A stretch of DNA of 64,000 nt from Snowella sp. (GTDB taxonomy: Bacteria > Cyanobacteriota > Cyanobacteriia > Cyanobacteriales > Microcystaceae): the NCBI GenBank assembly GCA_035285405.1, contig JAYKJI010000366.1, positions 5,823 through 69,822 on the forward strand. The letters run 5' to 3'. Position 1 is the first letter of the stretch, and every line of letters begins with the position of its first letter. Under the pieces are notes generated by a model. It ran no database searches. It had not been told where the DNA came from and saw only the letters and a program-made list of their open reading frames with translations. Position numbers and translations under genes: made by a program. Shown in pieces: positions 57,277 to 64,000 of this stretch.

Positions 57277-60200
57277 TTAAGCAGCGTTATCTTGCTTCAG
57301 GCGTTGATAAACATTCTTCATCATAAGTTCTTTAACTAAATTCCCAAATGATTGGTCTTCCAGAATTTTTTCAAAAATCTCTTGGTTTTGCTCCATTCGT
57401 TCAATCAGTTTTTCCAGAAATGTTTCCTCAAAGGCAAATTTAAAGGTGTCAAGCTTGTTGGCTTTAGCCTGAGTTTGTAACTTTTCATCTTCTATCAACT
57501 CTGCCTCTATTTGCTCAAAAAATAGGCGATCTGCTTCTTCAAAGTCTGTGCCGAAACGCTCATTGAGTTTTTCGATAATGATGGATAAGGGGGCTTTTTC
57601 CTCTTTGGGCCGTTTAATACCTGCTTCAGTGACCGTTTCAAGTTCTCCGATTTCGCCTTTAACTAAATCAATTGACCCTTCTTTGATTTTTTCCAGGCGA
57701 TAATATTCAAGGGCAATTTCATCTACTAGCCGTACAGTATCCCCAAGGCTCCGTTTTGGTAATTTAGTTAAAAGTAACTTGGCATAGGCAAAGAATTTTT
57801 CAAGTTCTGCATCGCGGAAGGGCATAATCTGAGCCAAAAATGAATACAGGTTTGTCCATGTCCGCAGGCTCTTTTTGAATTCGTCCTGTTTATCTTCTGT
57901 TTCAAGGGCTTTATAACGCTCACAAGCGGGTTCCAATATTGCATAAAGTTGACTTTGAGCTTTCACTGTCATTTTAGTTTTAGGGTCAAAATAAATCTTG
58001 GCAAAAGTGTTAATTTCTGAGGTGAGATAAATCTGATATTGATCTAGTTTTCCCTTGAGGTCGTAGAGATGGTTGGGATTAGGTTCTTCTTTTAGAGTCG
58101 TTAATTCGTAATAGGGTTGGAAAGATTCAAGGATTGTTTCACGACTGTTCACAAAATCAAGAATGAATGTGTCTTCTTTACCTGGTGCTGTACGATTTAA
58201 GCGAGATAGGGTTTGGACGGCTTTAACCCCTGCTAAAGGTTTGTCCACATACATGGTGTGGAGGAGGGGTTGATCAAAGCCTGTTTGATATTTATCGGCA
58301 ACGATTAGGATTTTGTATTCGTCTTGTTCAAAAATTTTGGGGAGTTCTTTAATGCCAAAGCCTGTAAGTTGAGGTTCGCTCACACCATCTGGGTATTTTT
58401 CATCAGGAAATTCGGAGTCTTTTACTTTGCCAGAAAATGCTACTAAAATTTTGATTTCTTTGCTATAACCTTTTTCTTTAATGTAGTAGTTAAATTCCTC
58501 GAAGTAGCGTTTGGCATGGAGGCGGGATGAGGTGACGACCATTGCTTTTGCTCTGCCCCCAATTTTATGGGCGACACAGGTACGGAAATGCTCGATGATA
58601 ATTGCAGTTTTTTGGGCAAGATTATGAGGATGGAGGGATACAAATCTGGCGATCGCCTTAGCGGTCTTTTTTTTGTTTAATTCGGGGTCATCTTCTATGG
58701 CTTTGGATAGTTTTAAATAAAGTTCGTAGGTGGTGTAATTCTGTAAAACATCGAGAATAAAGCCTTCTTCAATGGCTTGGCGCATGGAGTAGAGATGGAA
58801 AGGTTCAGGTTGACCTTGACGGTTTTTCTGTCCGAAAATGGCAAGAGTTTTGGGTTTGGGAGTAGCGGTAAACGCGGAAAAGGAAATATTGGCTTGTTTC
58901 CCTCTCGTTTTAGCGGATCGGTCGGCATATTCGTCGATCAAATCTTCTGCTGTATAGTCTTCTGCTTGGTCTTCTGTCGCAGCTTCTTCGAGGGTTTGAG
59001 CCGTTAGGACTTCTTTAAGTTTTTTTGAGGATTCTCCTCCTTGAGAACTGTGGGCTTCGTCAATAATGACGGCATAGCGACGGTCTGGAAGGGTTCCAAT
59101 TTTATCGACTACATAGGGAAATTTTTGTAAGGTGGTAATAATAATGTTGGTACTGTTAGTGATTGCTTCTGCTAGTTGGTTAGCATCTTTGTCAATTTTT
59201 TGGACGACTCCCGCTTTATGTTCAAACTGATAGATGGTGTCTTGGAGTTGGCTATCAAGAACCAAACGATCGGTAATGACAATGACGCTGTTAAAAATTC
59301 GTTCATCTTGACTGTTATGCAGTCCAGATAGGCGATAGGCAAGCCAGGCGATTGAATTACTTTTCCCTGAACCTGCGGAATGTTGAATTAAATAATTATG
59401 CCCTGCACCATTATCCCTGGCATGGTGAGTTAGTTTCCGAACGGCATCAAGTTGATGGAACCGAGGAAAAATGAGGTTTTCTTTTTTGTGGGTGCGTCCT
59501 TCAAATTCGTATTCTTCAATTTGGAGATGAACAAATCGCCCCAGGATTTCCAGCCAACTATCTTTGACTAAAATTTTTTGCCAGAGATATTCGGTTCGGT
59601 AGCCGTCAGGATTGGGAGGATTGCCTTGGCCGTTTTGATAACCTTGTTTGAAGGGAAGCCAATAGGTTTTATCTCCATTAATACGGGTGGTCATATAGAC
59701 TTCTTCGTCATCAACCGCAAAATGAACCAATGCCCGTTTTTTGAAGGTAAATAATAATTCTTGATGGTCGCGGGTGGTGTTGTATTGTTTCTGAGCGTTT
59801 TTGGTGTTTTGTCCTGTGAATTGATTTTTGAGTTCGAGAGTGGCAACGGGTAAACCATTGAGAGATAAAACTAAGTCAACAGATTGTTTAGTTTTACTAC
59901 TGAAATAAACTTGGCGGGTAACGGTGAGGCGATTTTGTTGGTAGAGCTTGATAGTATCTGGGTTTAGTCCTGATTCGGGTTTAAAATAGGCAAGTTTGAA
60001 CTTTACGCCATAGTCGGTAATGCCATTGCGAATGACATCAAGGGAACCGCGCAAATCCATTTCTTTGTAGAGACGTTGAATAAATTTACTTTCAACTTCT
60101 GCACCATGAATTTTAGCCAGTTTCTCCCATTGCTTCGGCTGGCTTTTTTGTATGAATTCCAATACTCCAGCCTTGAACATACCCAGTTCGGCACTGTAGT

Positions 60201-60297
60201 CACTAGCATCACCTTCGGTATAGTCACCAAACTCAAGTAAGTTTTCAATAATGGCGGTTTCAAACGTTTTTTCTGATGTAATAGAATTCATAGTCAT
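57277..60297 (-). CDS. hsdR: type I restriction enzyme R subunit
   Basis: 1006 aa. The N-terminal nuclease motif is 'VDLVLSLNGLPVATLELKNQ'. Helicase motif I is 'HSAGSGKSNS' and motif II is 'VIIDEAHSSQ'. Motif VI 'QTLSRLNR' is present. Confidence 0.95.
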   Translation of the reverse strand: MTMNSITSEKTFETAIIENLLEFGDYTEGDASDYSAELGMFKAGVLEFIQKSQPKQWEKLAKIHGAEVESKFIQRLYKEMDLRGSLDVIRNGITDYGVKFKLAYFKPESGLNPDTIKLYQQNRLTVTRQVYFSSKTKQSVDLVLSLNGLPVATLELKNQFTGQNTKNAQKQYNTTRDHQELLFTFKKRALVHFAVDDEEVYMTTRINGDKTYWLPFKQGYQNGQGNPPNPDGYRTEYLWQKILVKDSWLEILGRFVHLQIEEYEFEGRTHKKENLIFPRFHQLDAVRKLTHHARDNGAGHNYLIQHSAGSGKSNSIAWLAYRLSGLHNSQDERIFNSVIVITDRLVLDSQLQDTIYQFEHKAGVVQKIDKDANQLAEAITNSTNIIITTLQKFPYVVDKIGTLPDRRYAVIIDEAHSSQGGESSKKLKEVLTAQTLEEAATEDQAEDYTAEDLIDEYADRSAKTRGKQANISFSAFTATPKPKTLAIFGQKNRQGQPEPFHLYSMRQAIEEGFILDVLQNYTTYELYLKLSKAIEDDPELNKKKTAKAIARFVSLHPHNLAQKTAIIIEHFRTCVAHKIGGRAKAMVVTSSRLHAKRYFEEFNYYIKEKGYSKEIKILVAFSGKVKDSEFPDEKYPDGVSEPQLTGFGIKELPKIFEQDEYKILIVADKYQTGFDQPLLHTMYVDKPLAGVKAVQTLSRLNRTAPGKEDTFILDFVNSRETILESFQPYYELTTLKEEPNPNHLYDLKGKLDQYQIYLTSEINTFAKIYFDPKTKMTVKAQSQLYAILEPACERYKALETEDKQDEFKKSLRTWTNLYSFLAQIMPFRDAELEKFFAYAKLLLTKLPKRSLGDTVRLVDEIALEYYRLEKIKEGSIDLVKGEIGELETVTEAGIKRPKEEKAPLSIIIEKLNERFGTDFEEADRLFFEQIEAELIEDEKLQTQAKANKLDTFKFAFEETFLEKLIERMEQNQEIFEKILEDQSFGNLVKELMMKNVYQRLKQDNAA

Positions 60298-60315
60298 TCT
60301 GCCTCGTCGAGACTT

Positions 60316-61695
60316 TTAGTTTGTTGTTTGATCTAGTTGAGGAACTTTAATTTTGCCTGTAACGGCTTCGCTAATCAGGGCGGTGCGATATTCTTTTTGG
60401 AGTTCGATAATACGTTTGGTTTTGGCAATTTTGGCATCAATGTGAGCCGTTTCTTTTTCGATATATTCGCTAATCGCCTTTTGTTCTTCAAGGGGAGGAA
60501 ATGGAATAGAAATCTCTCTAATACTATCAATTTGTAAGTATGCCTGGTTTGCTATCCAAAGAGCCATAGCATCGAACTTACAGCGAATATATTTACTTTT
60601 AAAACAGTAGTTTAAGTATTCTTTTTTGCAAAAAGATAGTGGTCTAATACAAACAATATTTTGATTTAAATAAGCGCGATTGAAATTATGGCTAATGATA
60701 CCAACTTGACCAACGGCTGAATTGACTACATCTGGTTTACTTCCAACAGTAGAAACCACAATATCTCCCGATGCAAGTCTAACTTTTTCAAATTCTTCTT
60801 GCTGATTATCAATTGCGATATAACTTGATCCGCTTTGGATACTACCATTTTTAATATCACTAGCTTTTACGATAGGAATGCCCGACTCGTTAAATTCACT
60901 AGATTTGAATCCTAAACCTTTAAAATATGTTGTTACATTTCTTATTTTCTGAATGTCCCAATGTTCAGGAATATCGCCAAGCCAATTGATCGCCGTCGGT
61001 TTTAATTTTACATCGGGGTTAATGCCTTTGGTGACAGCTTCATTGATAATCGCGGTTTTCTCTTCTTCGTACAGTTCGATCAGTCTTTCCTTTTGGGCGA
61101 TCAGTTGGTCAATCTCTGCGGTTTTGCGATCAAGGTAGGCGGCGATCGCCCTTTGTTCTTCAGGAGGAGAAAATGAAATTTTAATGTTAAGAAATTCTTC
61201 TTGCCCTAAATTTTTCATACTTGAGCTTGTACCTGTAGCTAATATTGATAACAATTCTCTAAACGATGAGCTTTTTAGAACAAAACTTAACCATTTTGTA
61301 TGAATATCTAAATTCTCAAAAAAGACTGTTTGCCAAAGTCGATCAGGCAAAAATAGATAATCGTAATCTTTTTCTACATAGCCACTTGCACCAACTAACT
61401 CTGGAGTATTCATTCGACTAATAATAATTGCACCCTTTTTAGGATTTACTTTTGCTCTATCAAGCTCCAAAGATAGTATTTCTTTATTTTCTTGAGGTTC
61501 AAAAACATATTTATAAACACAACTTGTTTTTAAGATTCCATAGCTCCCTTTAGATACAGGAATATCAATGGAATTAACACTTACTCCTGATTCCAAAGAC
61601 TTAATCAGATACTTTAATTTTTTGATTTTCCAATGCTCAGGAATCTCACCAAGCCAAGCAATGCCACTATCCTTATACTTTTCATACCGTTCCAT
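60316..61695 (-). CDS. hsdS: type I restriction-modification specificity subunit
   Basis: 459 aa with two target-recognition halves, each opening with 'WLG(E/D)IPEHW'. The central and C-terminal conserved helices are 'EEQRAIAAYLDRKTAEID' and 'EEQKAISEYIEKETAHID'. Confidence 0.9.
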   Translation of the reverse strand: MERYEKYKDSGIAWLGEIPEHWKIKKLKYLIKSLESGVSVNSIDIPVSKGSYGILKTSCVYKYVFEPQENKEILSLELDRAKVNPKKGAIIISRMNTPELVGASGYVEKDYDYLFLPDRLWQTVFFENLDIHTKWLSFVLKSSSFRELLSILATGTSSSMKNLGQEEFLNIKISFSPPEEQRAIAAYLDRKTAEIDQLIAQKERLIELYEEEKTAIINEAVTKGINPDVKLKPTAINWLGDIPEHWDIQKIRNVTTYFKGLGFKSSEFNESGIPIVKASDIKNGSIQSGSSYIAIDNQQEEFEKVRLASGDIVVSTVGSKPDVVNSAVGQVGIISHNFNRAYLNQNIVCIRPLSFCKKEYLNYCFKSKYIRCKFDAMALWIANQAYLQIDSIREISIPFPPLEEQKAISEYIEKETAHIDAKIAKTKRIIELQKEYRTALISEAVTGKIKVPQLDQTTN

Positions 61696-61697
61696 AA

Positions 61698-62039
61698 CTA
61701 AGCCACTCCATAACCTGAAAATTGACGCATAAACGGAGAATGTAACCCCAAAACAATATCCTCTTTCTTGACCCCTAAAGCCATCAACCTTTCCCCCAAA
61801 TCAAGATCCGTAAAATTCCGTTGAATCCAAACCTTCTCATCCCTAATATCAATATGAATATAAGGCGAATAAACATACTCCTTTCCCTTCCAGCCCACAT
61901 CTAAATAAAGATAATGATCCCCCTCCTTATCTAAGATTAATTCAGAAAAAAGATTTTCTTCCTTCTGAGATTGACTATAACCATAAATTTCCTGTAAAAC
62001 AGAAACCACCGCATGACGTAATAACGCTAACTTATCCAT
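61698..62039 (-). CDS. xisI: XisI family protein (copy 2)
   Basis: 113 aa. 'MDKLALLRH...DKEGDHYLYLDVGW...HIDIRDEKVWIQRN...EDIVLGLHSP' matches the XisI pattern. It overlaps the xisH stop by 13 nt. Confidence 0.85.
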   Translation of the reverse strand: MDKLALLRHAVVSVLQEIYGYSQSQKEENLFSELILDKEGDHYLYLDVGWKGKEYVYSPYIHIDIRDEKVWIQRNFTDLDLGERLMALGVKKEDIVLGLHSPFMRQFSGYGVA

Positions 62040-62440
62040 TGTCTGATAACCCCCAATTCTGGATCATAAATAATTAATTTTATATTTTGTTGTTGGATAA
62101 CAGCCTGAGCAAATTCAGATTGCAAAAAAGTATCATAAATCACATCAGGAACCGCTAAGAACAAATCCCGATCAGGCTCCAACTCATCCAACATAACCCT
62201 ATAATTCACAAACTGCCCCACCGCTACATGAAAAGCGAACATGGGAGAAATATCAGAAAAAGTTTTAATTTCAACCGCAATTTTTTTCTCCTGTTTAATG
62301 GCAGTTAATAATTTTTCAGCACCTAAATCAATATAGGTCGTCGCCTTTCCCCATTTCAAGAAAAACGGATCATCCGTCACGATCCACCCCTCCTGTTCCA
62401 AAGCTTTCCTCACCACATCATGAAAAATGTCCTTTGCCAT
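62027..62440 (-). CDS. xisH: XisH family protein (endonuclease-like fold)
   Basis: 137 aa. 'MAKDIFHDVVRKALEQEGWIVTDDP...YIDLGAEKLL...KIAVEIKTF' has the XisH N-terminus with a D...ExK arrangement. Confidence 0.85.
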   Translation of the reverse strand: MAKDIFHDVVRKALEQEGWIVTDDPFFLKWGKATTYIDLGAEKLLTAIKQEKKIAVEIKTFSDISPMFAFHVAVGQFVNYRVMLDELEPDRDLFLAVPDVIYDTFLQSEFAQAVIQQQNIKLIIYDPELGVIRQWIS

Positions 62441-62444
62441 AATT

Positions 62445-62780
62445 TTAAGCTACTCCATAATCAGTATAAGGACGTTTATGGGGAGCCTGTAACCCTAAAA
62501 CAATATCCAGTCGTTCAACCCCCATCGTCACCAAATCCTCAGCAGGATTAAGATCCGTTGCATTTTGCTGAAGCCAGATCTTGCCATCCTTAATATCAAA
62601 ATGAATAATCGTAAAATAAATCCGTTGAGAACCATTCCAACCCACATAGACCCAAAGATAATGATCTCGTTCCTGATCAAAAATCAATTGAGATTCTCGA
62701 TCCTTTTTCTTCCGCTCATCCGTATCATAACGAGTCAACAAATCCCGAATCAATTGACAATAAAAAGTTAGTTTATCCAT
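62445..62780 (-). CDS. xisI: XisI family protein (copy 1)
   Basis: 111 aa. 'MDKLTFYCQLI...DQERDHYLWVYVGW...HFDIKDGKIWLQQN...LDIVLGLQAPHKRPYTDYGVA'. Confidence 0.85.
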   Translation of the reverse strand: MDKLTFYCQLIRDLLTRYDTDERKKKDRESQLIFDQERDHYLWVYVGWNGSQRIYFTIIHFDIKDGKIWLQQNATDLNPAEDLVTMGVERLDIVLGLQAPHKRPYTDYGVA

Positions 62781-62784
62781 TGCA

Positions 62785-64000
62785 CTAAATCCCCTTCTCT
62801 AACTCAAGACTACTCTGCTCCAATGCCAAAATGTCCGCCCGAATTTCCGCCAAACTCCGTAACGGTTTGAACTCATAAAAATACTTCGTGAAATTAATCT
62901 CATAACCCGTCTTCGTCTTACTCTCATCAATCCAAGCATCGGGTACATGGGGCAAAACCTCCCGCTCAAAATACTCGGCGATCGTTTGTTGTACTAACTG
63001 CTTATCCCCATCTTCTCGCAAAAACGGAATATTTTCATAATCCCGTAGATCAGCATCTGGCTTAGGCTTACCCTTACTTTTGATCACCTTGCCGTTCTCA
63101 TCCCGTAACGGCTGTTCCACCGTCACCCGCCAATAGCCAAAAAATTCATTCGGGACAATCTTTACAAACTCCCCCTCCACAAAATCCCCGTAAAGCTTGG
63201 TAATAAAACCAATCCCCTTCGTTTCCCCATTTTCAGGAATCTGTTTACGCTTATTTCCTAAAGAACGGCTCATCTTTTCCCAAAAGCGATTAAAGTCCCG
63301 CTTACCTGCTGTCATCAACTCCTCATCCTTAGTCCCCGTCGCATTGATTAACTGCACCTTGCCTCGCCGTTCTGGACTTTTATCATTACTGAGAATCCAA
63401 ATATAAGTCGAAATACCCGTGTTATAAAAAAGTTGATCAGGCAAAGCAATAATTGCCTCCAACCAATCCTTTTCAATAATCCACTGACGAATATTACTTT
63501 CGCCGCCCCCCGCCTGACCCGTAAACAATGGAGAACCATTAAAGACAATACCGATACGACTCCCACCGTCCTCCTCTGGCTTCATCTTTGAGATCATGTG
63601 CTGAAGGAAAAGCAACGACCCGTCATTAATACGAGGCAATCCAGCCCCAAACCGACCCGCATAACCGAAGTCTTCCGCTTCCTTCTTAATCGTTTTCTCT
63701 GCCTTTTTCCAATCCACCCCAAACGGCGGATTTGAGAGCAGATAATCAAACGTCTCATCCCGTAACCCGTCCACCGTAAAGGTATTGCCAAACTTGATAT
63801 TGCTGGGGTTCTGACCCTTGATTAACATATCCGACTTACAAATGGCGTAGGATTCGGGGTTAATTTCCTGCCCAAAAACTTCCAACTTGGCATCAGGGTT
63901 AAAATCCATCAAATGTTGATCCGCAATAGACAGCATTCCCCCCGTTCCACAAGCTGGATCATAGAGTGTTTTGATAATGCCTTTTTGGGTCAAAGCTTGG
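62785..64000 (-). CDS. hsdM: type I restriction-modification N6-adenine DNA methyltransferase subunit (5' end outside window)
   Basis: Motif I 'YDPACGTGGML' and motif IV 'LSNPPFG' are present. The frame remains open to the window edge, so the Met at 63993 is internal. Confidence 0.95.
   Translation of the reverse strand, partial: QALTQKGIIKTLYDPACGTGGMLSIADQHLMDFNPDAKLEVFGQEINPESYAICKSDMLIKGQNPSNIKFGNTFTVDGLRDETFDYLLSNPPFGVDWKKAEKTIKKEAEDFGYAGRFGAGLPRINDGSLLFLQHMISKMKPEEDGGSRIGIVFNGSPLFTGQAGGGESNIRQWIIEKDWLEAIIALPDQLFYNTGISTYIWILSNDKSPERRGKVQLINATGTKDEELMTAGKRDFNRFWEKMSRSLGNKRKQIPENGETKGIGFITKLYGDFVEGEFVKIVPNEFFGYWRVTVEQPLRDENGKVIKSKGKPKPDADLRDYENIPFLREDGDKQLVQQTIAEYFEREVLPHVPDAWIDESKTKTGYEINFTKYFYEFKPLRSLAEIRADILALEQSSLELEKGI

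Noticed and set aside
1-64000. Looked for tRNA (T-arm GGTTCGAATCC-like words), rRNA, RNase P / SRP / tmRNA cores and CRISPR-like regularly spaced repeats.
   Set aside because: I found none by eye in any intergenic gap. This is a visual scan, not a covariance-model search, so small ncRNAs could be missed.

Overview
This window looks like a cyanobacterial chromosome segment. The HIP1 octamer GCGATCGC recurs through most of it and the gene content is typically cyanobacterial. I cannot name the species from sequence alone. I count about 66 protein-coding genes and found no rRNA, tRNA or CRISPR array. Layout: (1) 1-15.8 kb, + strand, is a visibly AT-rich surface-polysaccharide (EPS/O-antigen-like) cluster. 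It holds five GT4 and one GT2 glycosyltransferases, three SAM methyltransferases, a Wzy-like membrane protein, GalE and a WcaF-like acetyltransferase. Co-directional nuclease-fold and TA-like genes are interleaved with these: two Uma2 genes, three paralogous PD-(D/E)xK-like genes, and an MntA-like nucleotidyltransferase with a truncated partner. (2) 16-53.8 kb is housekeeping. It contains panD, minCDE, a CPA2 antiporter, a group-2 sigma factor, recR, an HxlR/pirin pair, clpS, nagA, sqdX, argB, an Mla/TGD-like ABC pair, sfsA and pilMNOQ. It also holds more Uma2 copies and a large serine-recombinase-like gene whose catalytic motif looks degenerate. (3) 53.8-64 kb is an accessory/defence-like end. 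It has a MITE-like inverted-repeat element, a dispersed ~54-nt repeat, a Cys-rich ORF, another Uma2 gene, and a Type I R-M operon ordered hsdM-xisI-xisH-xisI-hsdS-hsdR. In that operon a XisH/XisI cassette sits inside the hsd genes with near-zero spacing. The best candidates for something undescribed are this hsd-embedded xisI-xisH-xisI module and the triad of PD-(D/E)xK-like paralogs that bracket a glycosyltransferase. All functional calls come from motif recognition by eye. No searches were run.
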